The notes beneath the pieces are model-generated. The model ran no database searches, was not told the DNA's origin, and was given only the letters and a program-made list of their open reading frames with translations. Shown here in pieces: positions 16,692 through 26,544 of a stretch of 64,000 nucleotides of DNA. The first letter of the stretch is position 1. Every line of letters starts with the position of its first letter. The translations under genes were made by a program, and so were the position numbers. This DNA is from an uncultured Imperialibacter sp. Its GTDB lineage: Bacteria > Bacteroidota > Bacteroidia > Cytophagales > Cyclobacteriaceae. The DNA lies in contig CBFGTI010000005.1 of the NCBI GenBank assembly GCA_965651695.1, positions 2,886 through 66,885 of the forward strand. Direction: 5' to 3'.

Positions 16692-17181
16692 GTAGCGGGA
16701 AATAGCAGTATTTGAGCCTAAGCCTAAGGGAAGAGCGGATCAAACAGAGGGGCTTGGATTTCCGGGGATCTGCATCACACGCAGGACTGCAATACAGGAA
16801 ATGCCCTCCTTCAATATGACTATACCAATTTAGCATGACACTCACGAGCCTTCAGGAACCTCAAGGCACATCAAACACACCCATTCGGCAAGGCATCAGT
16901 ACCTTCTGAAGGCCATAGAAGTATGCCAAAGCCAAACGTAGCCACAGATGAGCTCAGGCAATTCGGCGAACATAAGATCTTGAAGAACCGGGCTTACCGG
17001 CTTCGCAGCTTGATGGAGGGATAATACGAAGGGCGCTGGCTTTAAGGTCCGATTTCATACTGCCAATAAAAAACGAACTCCCCATCTTCAAATCGAACGA
17101 TTGCACGCTCTTTTCGAAAATGAGGAGCCGATAGTTGAATGGCAGGCCCTTGCCTGTGGTGTTGTGCGTTACAAGCTACGC

Positions 17182-17613
17182 CTAAGCAGCGTAGTCCATG
17201 TATGCTTCTTTTAGCTCCCTGTACAACAGAGAGGGCAGGTAATTGTAAAGGTCAATTTGCTGGTCGAGTACGCTCAAGACGATGAGCGTGGCTCTCAATG
17301 CCTCGATTTCGGAGTGGAAAACGTGCTGTTTCTTCGACCTGTCCTCCTCCATAACTTTGAGTATGTATTGGTCGAGATGGTTAATTGAGGAGCTTTTTGC
17401 ACGATGATGACGCCAGGCAGAAACAAATATAACCTGCAGCTCTGGTGAAAGGGTCTGCATAAGCTTATTTGCCTGGTCAATCATGAGTAGCTGATCCCTC
17501 ATTACATGCAGTATCCGGCCAATTACCAACCGGGTCTGATGGGTCGAGTCGTAACATAACTTCGACTGAATCTCGTCTACGATGTTTTGGTTTTGCTGTA
17601 CGGTGGTATTCAT
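17182..17613 (-). CDS. DUF2267-like protein
   Basis: 143 aa with a two-lobed helical pattern (…RLVIGRILHVMRDQL…LMQTLSPELQ… / …EIEALRATLIVLSVLDQQI…) resembling the DUF2267 family. Confidence 0.6.
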   Translation of the reverse strand: MNTTVQQNQNIVDEIQSKLCYDSTHQTRLVIGRILHVMRDQLLMIDQANKLMQTLSPELQVIFVSAWRHHRAKSSSINHLDQYILKVMEEDRSKKQHVFHSEIEALRATLIVLSVLDQQIDLYNYLPSLLYRELKEAYMDYAA

Positions 17614-17894
17614 AGCTGTGTTTCTTTTGAACTTTCTAATTCGAAAATTTGTACCAATTTTTTACGAGAAATAAAAATCTGATTATCAGGCATTTAATTA
17701 CAGTAACTTCATGCAGATGCGTGGGAAATTTCCACATGTTGAGGAATTGCCGGGAAAATATTGCTGAACATTTTAAGTGCAGAGATTTGGTGCGGAAAAC
17801 CAGTATCTGCGCCCCAAAAGCAAAAAGAGCATTTCGAAAGCATCAGCGCACTTTCGAAATGCCCGTTACACTATTAAGCCGGTGAAACGCCACG

Positions 17895-18593
17895 CTATTT
17901 GGTGGGCAGGTCTCCCCGTTTGGCTGCCTTTTTCATTTCATCGTTGGCATAAATTGCGATCTCCACACGCCTGTTTTCTCTTCTGCCTGTTTCCATGCTA
18001 TTATCGGCCACAGGTTGTTCTTCCCCATACCCCACCGACGTAATTCGCTTGGGGTCTACCCCTTCCTGCAGCAGAAAGCGCTTCACCGCTTCGGCACGGC
18101 GCTCTGAAAGCTGCTGATTGTAGTCGGCCGGGCCGGTAGCATCGGTATGCCCTTCAATGAGAATCTCGGTATCATCGTATTTTTGCAGCGTACCCGATAG
18201 CTCGGCCAGGTTGTCCTCGGTGGTCGCATTTACGGCATCAGAGTCTACAGCAAACAGCAATCCCGAATCGAAGGTGATTTTGATACCCTCACCTATCCTT
18301 TCCACCGTGGCATTTTCCAGGTCTCTGCTCAACTCCTCGGCCTGTTTGTCCATATGGCGGCCGATAAGTGCACCGGCAGCTCCGCCCACGGTAGCGCCAA
18401 TAATGGCACCAACGGCGGTGTTGTCCGACCGGCTGCCTATTACTCCCCCAATGGCAGCACCTGCGCCTGCCCCTATTCCAGCTCCTTTTTTGGTGCGTGA
18501 AGCGTTGCATCCTGGCAGCGAAAGCACCATGCCGGTAACAACGATCCACACAGGAAGCTGCTTAAACAAAAAAACCTTTATGTTTTTCATCAT
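17895..18593 (-). CDS. OmpA-family lipoprotein with N-terminal glycine-zipper segment
   Basis: Lipobox LSLPGC, then a Gly-zipper GAGIGAGAGAAIGGVIG…GAIIGATVGGAAGALIG. The C-terminal OmpA_C peptidoglycan-binding motif is EGHTDATGPADYNQQLSERRAEAV…NRRVEI. Confidence 0.9.
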   Translation of the reverse strand: MMKNIKVFLFKQLPVWIVVTGMVLSLPGCNASRTKKGAGIGAGAGAAIGGVIGSRSDNTAVGAIIGATVGGAAGALIGRHMDKQAEELSRDLENATVERIGEGIKITFDSGLLFAVDSDAVNATTEDNLAELSGTLQKYDDTEILIEGHTDATGPADYNQQLSERRAEAVKRFLLQEGVDPKRITSVGYGEEQPVADNSMETGRRENRRVEIAIYANDEMKKAAKRGDLPTK

Positions 18594-18799
18594 TTTCTAC
18601 GTTTTGTTCTCCCCCATGCCCTCCAAAGAAAATGCCGCAGCTACCCGATACGTCGCGGATGCATTTTAGTACCCGCTTAAAATGAATCTGCCGCCACTGC
18701 AACCACAGGGTGTAGACTTTTTTCCACACCGCTCGGCTATGTGGAGCAGGCAATTATACAACTGGTGGATGTGGCATTGCCCGACCTGCATTGCCAATG

Positions 18800-21130
18800 C
18801 TAGAATGGATAACCGAAGGCGATGTTGTAAATAATGTTGCTTTGTCGCCAGGTTTTGCTGGTAAAATCAACTTCGTCTATCACCCATCTTTCCTGTAGCG
18901 GAAGCCAGGGTTTTCGCAAAGGAAAGGCGACGTCGAATCGGAGGATGAAGAAACCAAGGTTGAGTCGGAGGCCTGCTCCGGCACCCACGGCTACCTCGTT
19001 CATAAAGGTGCTTGAGTCAAAGCCTGCGCCTGGCTTTTGGTCGTCGTTCCAAAGCCAGATGTTGCCCGCGTCCACAAACACGGCACCCTCAAGCATACTG
19101 TAGAAGGCGGTGCGGTATTCGATGCTCGACTCCAACCGGAAGTCACCGGTTTCATCCAAAATAAAGCCCGACTCGTTGCGGCTTTCCCCGGCATCGTACG
19201 ACCCCGGCCCCAGCGACCTGGCCCGGAAGGCCCTGATGCCGTTGGAGCCGCCTGCCGAAAATTGCTTAATAAATGGTACGTTGTCGGAGTTGCCCAGGGC
19301 ACGAGCCGCTCCTATCAAAAACCGGGTGGCGAGCTCCTGCTTGCGGCTCAGCTGACGGTAATACCGGAAGTCGGCCGAAGCTTTTACATACTGGGAGTAA
19401 GGGCTGCGGAATATTTTATAGTCGCCGTCGTCGGAAGGCTGGTCGCCTACCGCCTGCTGGGCAAGGTACAGCAGGTTGCCCGAGAGGTCGACATTCCCAT
19501 TGAAAAAGAAGTTATTCCACCTGAATGCTGCTTTCTCATCCCGGCCGGTAAGCTTGGTATTGTACTCGTAGTTGTAAGTGCTTCCTATTATAAACTGGTT
19601 GTCGAGACTGCGGCGCAGGTTTTGGTCCATGTTTAATCTCTTCTCAAAATCAGGCGAAACGTTGGTGAGCCTTACATATGAGATGCTTATGGGGAAAAGC
19701 TGATGGCTTTTGGTGGTCGACTCACGCCAGATAAAGCCATAGCCGGTTTCGAAGGAGTTGAGCGTAAAAACATTCACCCGGTTTTGAAGCCGGAGGCCCG
19801 CTCGTACCGTGGTTTTGGGAATGAACCTGCGGTTGAAGTACTGCAACTGGAAAGGCAACACCAACCGGGGAAAAGTAAGGGATGACTGAAGGTTTATTTC
19901 GAACGCATTGAGCGGGGGCTTGTTCAGGCCGCCGAGCTGAATGTCGTACGACCCGCTGGCAGAAACATCCAGCAGCTCTGCCCCTCCCAGCGCGTTACGG
20001 TTCAGAAAGGCGATGGTAAGTGCAGGGCCTACAAAGTTGTTGGACTTGGATACCGCCTGCGCTTCGAGGCGCAGCGACTTTTTGGGCAGCGTGGTAAGGT
20101 AGATGCTCGAAGTGAGCCTGGCAGAGTCGCTCTCGAAAAACTTAACATTTACAAATTTGAACACGCCAAGGTTGTATAGATGCTCCAGCGTATATTTCTC
20201 CGCGGTTTTAGTGTAAATATCCCCCGGCGCATAGTTTATATGGTCCGTAAGCATCTCTTTCTTCAGCTCGCCTGGGTCTTTCACAAAAGTGTACTCCCTG
20301 AATTGTTCTTTTTTGAGGCTGGTTAGCGTATCTCGCGTAATCGAGTAGCCGGGGTACACGTTCACGGAATCTATCACAAATTTCCAGCGAGCTTCCCGGG
20401 GCGTCTTTTCCGATAAATTGAACGTAAGATCAACCTGGTGTTCTCCTACCGTGCTGTCGGCCAGGTATACCAGGTAGTCGTCGTTGAAGGCGTAAAATCC
20501 TTCGTCGGCTACCATTTCTTCAATTTGCTTTTGCTCCAATACAAGCCGGTCGACATCGTAAAGCTGGCCGGGTTCCAAAAGCGTTTTCTCCTTTATATTT
20601 TCAATAATTGGCGCATATACACTATCAACTTTGGGGTAAATGATATTTCGGAGCCGATAGGCATTGCCCGGGTAAACATGGTAGATAATCTCCCCCCTGG
20701 TCTTTTTCACAACTACGTCGCTCTCTACATAAGCCTGAAAAAAGCCATGGTTCCACAAGTAGCTTTCGAGTGCAGAAGACGTTCGCTCATCATCGGCGTC
20801 GGCCATCAGCACGGGCGCCTCGCCAAGCCTGTTTTTCACAAAAGAAGCGAATCCTGTTTCTTTTTTTGGGGTGCCTGCAATGTGATAGAGCCACACCCGG
20901 GGCCGGGAGCCAAGAAACATGGTATTGGGCTTGGGTGTAAGCAGTGCCGTGAGCCCTTCAGTAAGCGCACCCTTGTTGGGAATTCCTTTTTCACTATGGT
21001 ATTTTATGTTGGCGCCCATGTAGTACCGCTCCCCATCGGCCAGGTATTTGGTGCCCGTGCACGCACTGAATAGTACACATGCCAGCAGACAGAGATGATG
21101 TATGGCTAAGCAGTACTTTTTCTTTCTCAT
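18800..21130 (-). CDS. tamA: BamA/TamA-family (Omp85) outer-membrane protein
   Basis: 776 aa with a lipoprotein-like N-terminus, POTRA-like region and C-terminal Omp85 barrel ending …NIAFGYPF. The start overlaps the tamB stop by 4 nt (ATGA). Confidence 0.85.
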   Translation of the reverse strand: MRKKKYCLAIHHLCLLACVLFSACTGTKYLADGERYYMGANIKYHSEKGIPNKGALTEGLTALLTPKPNTMFLGSRPRVWLYHIAGTPKKETGFASFVKNRLGEAPVLMADADDERTSSALESYLWNHGFFQAYVESDVVVKKTRGEIIYHVYPGNAYRLRNIIYPKVDSVYAPIIENIKEKTLLEPGQLYDVDRLVLEQKQIEEMVADEGFYAFNDDYLVYLADSTVGEHQVDLTFNLSEKTPREARWKFVIDSVNVYPGYSITRDTLTSLKKEQFREYTFVKDPGELKKEMLTDHINYAPGDIYTKTAEKYTLEHLYNLGVFKFVNVKFFESDSARLTSSIYLTTLPKKSLRLEAQAVSKSNNFVGPALTIAFLNRNALGGAELLDVSASGSYDIQLGGLNKPPLNAFEINLQSSLTFPRLVLPFQLQYFNRRFIPKTTVRAGLRLQNRVNVFTLNSFETGYGFIWRESTTKSHQLFPISISYVRLTNVSPDFEKRLNMDQNLRRSLDNQFIIGSTYNYEYNTKLTGRDEKAAFRWNNFFFNGNVDLSGNLLYLAQQAVGDQPSDDGDYKIFRSPYSQYVKASADFRYYRQLSRKQELATRFLIGAARALGNSDNVPFIKQFSAGGSNGIRAFRARSLGPGSYDAGESRNESGFILDETGDFRLESSIEYRTAFYSMLEGAVFVDAGNIWLWNDDQKPGAGFDSSTFMNEVAVGAGAGLRLNLGFFILRFDVAFPLRKPWLPLQERWVIDEVDFTSKTWRQSNIIYNIAFGYPF

Positions 21131-24100
21131 TTAAACTGATATTCTTTATCGTTGAGGTTGAAAAGCTCTTTAAACTTGTTGTAGTCCCTTACATAGATGA
21201 CGCCCGTTCCTGTCTCAATTATTTCGCCGTTAACTATATCGAACTCGTTGCGGCGGAATCCCAGCAGCCGAAGCCGGCCGTCCTCAGTCAGCTTGTACTC
21301 AAGCAGGAGATCGCCTATGTAGTCCGACAGGTTTTGCTGTTGCTGCCGGTTTCCCTCCAGGGCCACGTTACCAGCAACCTTCACTGTCAGTCTTTCGTCA
21401 AAAAGGCTTTTGGACACTCCCAGTTCAAGATCGGTGCGGTTTTCCACGTCGCCCGACGAGTAGTCTTCGTACGACTCAACGTTTACATCCAGCTGCACAC
21501 CTCCCACATTGTCGGTAAGTTTGTTTAGCTGCTCACTAAGCAGCCGGCTCACACTGCGGCGGGCATTATCTTCAAAACTGGTGCCCCCCTCGCTTGCTAG
21601 CGGATTGTCTGAAATAAACCTTTTTAACACCAGCAACGCAAACACCTGCTTGTTAAGGTCCGATTCCCTGGAGTTGATTTCCTGTATTCTGGCATAAATA
21701 CTCCCCTCAAGTGCATTGCGGTTTGCCTCTGGCATGTCCAGCCCAAAGCTGATCTCCGGGCCGGAAAGGTTTCCTTCAATGTTCAGCGCTACTTCGAAAG
21801 GCAGCCGCTGGCGATAGCGGTTTAGCTGCGATGTATTGGCATTGCTGATCTGGTTGATCACCAGGTCGATAGGCTGCGCTTCAACAGTAGTGAGGGCTGT
21901 AATATCGAGCTGCGCACTCAGAGGGTCGCCAGTCCAGGTAATGGTGCTGCCCGGTGCTATGGTGAAATTTCGCTTTAGTACCTGATAAAAGCTGAGCTGG
22001 TATGCGCCTTCCGACAGCGTGTAGCGCCCAGACAGCTGAAGATCGCCTGCGCGATTCATGGCGAGACTCAGGTTGGCATCGCCCTGCACAGTAAGCTGGT
22101 CCTGCGTAATCGGGTCGATTACTATTTGCAGCGTGGAGTTATCGTGCAGCTCAATATTGGCTGTTAATTCCATGCCTTGAAAAGCGTAGCTCACACTGTC
22201 GATAACATCGGGATTTGGGGATGCCCGAAGGGTATCGGCCGGGTCGATAAATTTTACCACGTTGGGTTGATTGAGCGCCTGCTCCTGGGTTTCAATAAGT
22301 ACGTAGGTGAGTTTGCTGCCGCGATTCACTTCCATATCGAAGTTGACATTGGGCCTTGCCGAAGAGCCGGTAACCGATGCATTCATGTTGATGTTCAGGT
22401 TGCCAAAGTACATCTCGTTGTCGTCGGCGGTGGTATTGAGAACCTGAAAGTTTTGCGCCTCCAGTGAAAGGTCGAACGTGTAAAAGCTGGCGTTTTCTAT
22501 TGCTACCGAACCATTGAGGCTTGCTGTATTCTTGTTGGCGTCGGCCAGCTCAAAATTATCAAACGACAGCGTGGAGTTGCGGAACCGCAGCGTTTCGTTG
22601 CTCACCGTCAGTGCAGAATTGAGCATAGCCGGGGTAAAAGTTGTGTTGATGAAACGAATGCTGCCGTTGACACCAGGATCTGCCGGCGCTCCGGTTATGT
22701 CGATGTTTGCCTTCATAGTGCCAGCTATATCCCGCACTGTTTCGCCGGTTACGGGCTCCAGCAGTGAGAGGTTCAGTTGCTCGAGCCTGATCTTAAAGTC
22801 GAGTTGGTTCGCGGCAGCAGAGTCGGTGTCGTAGGTTCCCCGAATAGTTGCCACATTGGGGCCTGCCAGTGCCACATCCACGTTGTAAAGCTTGCTCCCG
22901 CCATTCTTGATATCAATTTGCAGGTCGCCCCAGGTTTGCCCGAGGTAGCCGAGGCCGGCTATCTGCAAACCCGCATCAATAGCATAGGCATCTTCCAAAA
23001 GCGTAATGTCGACCGAACCCTCGAGCGTGCCGGCCAGCACGTCGTCTTCTTTCTTCATGCCTTCGGCCAACCCTCCAAGATTAAAATTTTCGAATGCGAT
23101 ACTTGCGAGCGAATCCTGGGCAACGGTGCCTTCTATCTTTACACGCTGCTCGCCATTGGTCAATTCAAAGTTGTGCGCCGAAAAGCCCGGTTCTTTAAAC
23201 AATAAATAATTACTCTCCCGGGCCACCCAGGGGGTATACGCCAGGATGAGGCTGTCGGGCTCAATTTCGAACCTGAATGCCGACTGCTCAAGGCTTTCGA
23301 AATTTCCACGAAGCAGGTAAGCAGGCATGCCTGTGGTATCGGGCACTTCCAGCCGTATGTGATAAATGTTATCTGCCAGCACACCATCGAAATCGAACCC
23401 GCGCATTACAGAATTGGCCGTGGAAAGCTCGTTAAGGTTAACCCGGGTAGTGAGTTCGTCCGCATCCGACCTTACCAAAATTACGAGGGAGTCGATGCTA
23501 ATGCCACTATATACCATTTCATTGATGCTCAGGGTCATCGCGAGTTGATGCTTCTCACTGTCGAAGCTTCCTTCAAAAATCCCGGGATCTATAGATTCCA
23601 GCCCCGGCACCAATATTTCGGTTAGCAAATCGGTTTTTTTCAAGTCCAGAAAAAACTCAAACTGCTGCACACTGTCGGCCTTAGCAGCATCATAGTCGTC
23701 GAGGTCGTAGTACCGGTCGATATGCTCACTCAACACAGCCGGCAACGACGGAATATCGATATCACCTCTAAAATATCCTTCCATCATATCGGAGTCGATC
23801 GTGATGTCGGTTCGGCCCTCCTGCTCAACCGAGGCAAACAGAAGAGAGTCGACCCGGTAGGTGCCAATGCCGTTGTTTGCAGAAAATTGCCTTATTGCAA
23901 AATCTCCTTTAAACTTCCTGAAGTCGGCGGTTTGAAGGTCGGAGTCGATTTGCGCTGTCAACACCAGCGGTGTTTTCCGCAGGTTCAGTGCTTCAAGGTC
24001 GGCATAGTCAAGGTCGAGGTCGACTTTATACGACATTTCATCACTTCCGTAGTCGATATCGCCGTCGAACGTAAATTTCAGATTTTCGTCGTCAATGGAA

Positions 24101-26112
24101 ATGTTGCCATTGAAGAGCACGTTGGTCAGCTGTCCGCTAATGTTGATGTCGTTGTAAACGTACTTCTGATAATCAATAGCTGCTATCCGGCCTTCAATTT
24201 CGGCGCGAATACTATCCGGTTCTGTGCCACTCCCGGCAACAGAGAAGTCGAGCGCCAACTGCTGAAAGTTTACCGTGTCTTTTATCAGGCTGCCAAGATT
24301 GAAACCGTCGGTACGTACGCTGAGGTCGTAAACAGGGTTGGGCAAACGGGTTGCGTCGTAGGTGGCATCAAGTACAAAATCGCCAAAGCTTGAAGTGAGT
24401 GTGCCGTTTGCCTGCAGGTTGTCGGGCGCACCAGAAGCCGTGGCCTGGAGCCCAAAGCTCGCAGGCAGCTGTATGCTGGTAGGCAAAAGGCTATCCGCCA
24501 GCAGCCGGGCTACGTTGCGACTGGAGCTGCTCAGGTGAATGTTGCTAAAGCCAAAGGTTATATTTTCAGCATCAGGAAGTCCCTTAACATTTCCGGCCAG
24601 CAGCAGGTGTGTATCCGATAGCAACTTCATTTCCAGCCGGGTGAGGTTGAGGTCGTCTATTCGTCCGTCTGCCTTTACCTCAAAACTCAAAGGAAAGTTG
24701 AACGGCTTTCTTACCGGCACGCTGTCCAGCGCATGGGGATTAAAATAAAGCAGATCCGCCGGATGAATAAATGAATTGGTCATTCGCAACGCTACCCTTG
24801 TGCTGCCGCTGCCAATTTGGTCGGGAGCGCTAAATGCTAATGACACGCTGCCCCTCAAGTGGCTTTCCCTGGTGTGGATGTCAATATTTTTGACATTCAG
24901 GATCGTATCGTTCATGTAAAAATCGGCGCCTGTATCAAAAAGCGTAAAATTGTCGCCCTCTCTAAAAGTAAGCGAGCTGATGCCCGCCTGTATTAAAGAA
25001 CCGTCGTAGGCCACGTCCGAAACAAGGCCGGATAGCCCCTCCAGTTTGATGTGGTTGGGGTCGAAGCCATTGGCACGCACGGCCTCGCCTACATCATAAG
25101 CTATGTTGTTCTTTTCAAGCGCAAGTTCGCCCAGCTTCACACTCCAGCCGTTGGCAGGGGTGGTAGTGGTGGCTACAGTTGCTGGCTGTGCTGCGGTGGT
25201 TGTATCTTCATCAGCCGTGGCGGGCATGCCAATGGCTACCCTGGAGTTTTGCAGCCTCAGACCTGCTATGTCGGCCATCATTTCCTTCATGTTGACCGTT
25301 GCTGCATCCACCCCAAATTCATCTATAAATACGTCTGCATCCACGGCTTCAGAATTAAACACTGCCGAAGAATTGCTGATAAGGAGCTCGTCTACCACAA
25401 ACAAGTAGTCAGGCGGCGGTTGCTCGCCAGGTGCCGGTGGCGCTGCTGTATTATTTGCCGGCGCTCCTGTTCCTTCTGTGTACCTTATTCGTGCCCCGGT
25501 GAGCGCTATCTTGCCGGTTTTAAACTCCGTTTCCGAGGGGTTCAGGTCATCAAGCGCTACCACCAGTTCCGACCAGCTTAAGGCCGCGGCCAGTTCCGAC
25601 TGTTTTTCGTTGTAGCTGATGTCGAAGTTCGTCAGGCTGATGTCGCCTATTGTTATTTCCCATGGTGAGGCCGTAGTGTCGGCGGGCGTCGTGTCCGAAG
25701 CAAACGCCTCTATTACAAATGAGTAGTTGAACGTGCTGTCGTCCGGTAGTTTCACCACCCTGGCCACTAAACCGTCCACGCCGATGGCATTCAAACTCAC
25801 TTTGTTTTCCAGCAGCCGCCAAAGATTCGTGCTTATTCTGGCCTCAGTAAGATATAGCAGCGTGTCGCCCTGCTGGTCTTGCAGATAGACGTCTTCTATT
25901 TCAACAGACGTGGGAAACCCCACGAAGGCACGGCCTATTTCTACCCTGGTTTGCAGCTTATCTTGCAGGTACTTTTCCAATTCTCCTACAATGCGGTTCT
26001 GCACCCCGGGCAAACGGACGAGCAGTACCGCAGCTACTAGAAGAACTACGATACCAAGGATGAAAAACCCGAGTATCTTTGCTGCCTTCAAGCTCACCCC
26101 CTTTACGCTCAT
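21127..26112 (-). CDS. tamB: Translocation and assembly module TamB / AsmA-like giant inner-membrane-anchored protein
   Basis: About 1660 aa with a single N-terminal anchor (AAKILGFFILGIVVLLVAAVLLV) after ATG 26112. The track start at 26169 is also possible. The body is long and beta-rich, with a TamB/DUF490-like C-terminal region. It lies immediately upstream of the Omp85 partner. Confidence 0.85.
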   Translation of the reverse strand: MSVKGVSLKAAKILGFFILGIVVLLVAAVLLVRLPGVQNRIVGELEKYLQDKLQTRVEIGRAFVGFPTSVEIEDVYLQDQQGDTLLYLTEARISTNLWRLLENKVSLNAIGVDGLVARVVKLPDDSTFNYSFVIEAFASDTTPADTTASPWEITIGDISLTNFDISYNEKQSELAAALSWSELVVALDDLNPSETEFKTGKIALTGARIRYTEGTGAPANNTAAPPAPGEQPPPDYLFVVDELLISNSSAVFNSEAVDADVFIDEFGVDAATVNMKEMMADIAGLRLQNSRVAIGMPATADEDTTTAAQPATVATTTTPANGWSVKLGELALEKNNIAYDVGEAVRANGFDPNHIKLEGLSGLVSDVAYDGSLIQAGISSLTFREGDNFTLFDTGADFYMNDTILNVKNIDIHTRESHLRGSVSLAFSAPDQIGSGSTRVALRMTNSFIHPADLLYFNPHALDSVPVRKPFNFPLSFEVKADGRIDDLNLTRLEMKLLSDTHLLLAGNVKGLPDAENITFGFSNIHLSSSSRNVARLLADSLLPTSIQLPASFGLQATASGAPDNLQANGTLTSSFGDFVLDATYDATRLPNPVYDLSVRTDGFNLGSLIKDTVNFQQLALDFSVAGSGTEPDSIRAEIEGRIAAIDYQKYVYNDINISGQLTNVLFNGNISIDDENLKFTFDGDIDYGSDEMSYKVDLDLDYADLEALNLRKTPLVLTAQIDSDLQTADFRKFKGDFAIRQFSANNGIGTYRVDSLLFASVEQEGRTDITIDSDMMEGYFRGDIDIPSLPAVLSEHIDRYYDLDDYDAAKADSVQQFEFFLDLKKTDLLTEILVPGLESIDPGIFEGSFDSEKHQLAMTLSINEMVYSGISIDSLVILVRSDADELTTRVNLNELSTANSVMRGFDFDGVLADNIYHIRLEVPDTTGMPAYLLRGNFESLEQSAFRFEIEPDSLILAYTPWVARESNYLLFKEPGFSAHNFELTNGEQRVKIEGTVAQDSLASIAFENFNLGGLAEGMKKEDDVLAGTLEGSVDITLLEDAYAIDAGLQIAGLGYLGQTWGDLQIDIKNGGSKLYNVDVALAGPNVATIRGTYDTDSAAANQLDFKIRLEQLNLSLLEPVTGETVRDIAGTMKANIDITGAPADPGVNGSIRFINTTFTPAMLNSALTVSNETLRFRNSTLSFDNFELADANKNTASLNGSVAIENASFYTFDLSLEAQNFQVLNTTADDNEMYFGNLNINMNASVTGSSARPNVNFDMEVNRGSKLTYVLIETQEQALNQPNVVKFIDPADTLRASPNPDVIDSVSYAFQGMELTANIELHDNSTLQIVIDPITQDQLTVQGDANLSLAMNRAGDLQLSGRYTLSEGAYQLSFYQVLKRNFTIAPGSTITWTGDPLSAQLDITALTTVEAQPIDLVINQISNANTSQLNRYRQRLPFEVALNIEGNLSGPEISFGLDMPEANRNALEGSIYARIQEINSRESDLNKQVFALLVLKRFISDNPLASEGGTSFEDNARRSVSRLLSEQLNKLTDNVGGVQLDVNVESYEDYSSGDVENRTDLELGVSKSLFDERLTVKVAGNVALEGNRQQQQNLSDYIGDLLLEYKLTEDGRLRLLGFRRNEFDIVNGEIIETGTGVIYVRDYNKFKELFNLNDKEYQFK

Positions 26113-26350
26113 AAACAAATAATTTCCGTTAGCCGATCCTTTAAAGGGAAAAACTGTGCCATGGTACAAATGTTTACCAAAGAGACACTACAAAAAGATT
26201 ACATTGGCCACGCCTGGGCGAGAGCCATCGGTAGATGGGTTAAATAAACGAGTATTAAGAAGCAGGTATCTTTCGCCTAAAAAAATACAGCAAAACTTCC
26301 AAGGCTGTTTTTCATCCACACCTCAAGTTCGGCATCGTTTTGCCAGCCAC

Positions 26351-26368
26351 TGTGGAATTTTTTCCACA
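26351..26368. promoter_or_regulatory. 18-bp palindrome TGTGGAATTTTTTCCACA (candidate operator or hairpin)
   Basis: Lies in the divergent tamB / AI-2E-transporter intergenic region, about 180 bp upstream of ATG 26545. TCCACACCT also recurs at 26315-26323. Confidence 0.3.
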
Positions 26369-26544
26369 CCTGCAAACAAGGGCTGTTTTACTTACACCGC
26401 TACCGCATTGCCTGTTAACTCGCGAAGCCCGGCTTGAGCGGATTTTCCTTTTCTGGTCTGATTTTTTCACAATCCCACATCGCCGACCCACTTCTGAACG
26501 AAGTGCATAGTCGTATTTCATTTCACTCTGATGCCCTAAGCCCA

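Noticed and set aside
16846-17181. Roughly 340 bp without a gene. One start-less frame reads …GFKVRFHTANKKRTPHLQIERLHALFENEEPIVEWQALACGVVRYKL… and might be a transposase or gene remnant.
   Set aside because: I recognise no family, and there are no start codon and no flanking inverted repeats. A translated database search would be needed. It is left unannotated.
17641-17657. Sigma-54-like sequence on the minus strand (TGGTACAAATTTTCGAA) upstream of the DUF2267 gene. A second one, TGGCAGatgtaGAGCG, lies at 35759-35774 upstream of mlaE.
   Set aside because: The first has CG instead of the invariant GC at -12. The second has GAGC instead of TTGC. Both fall below what I would call a promoter.
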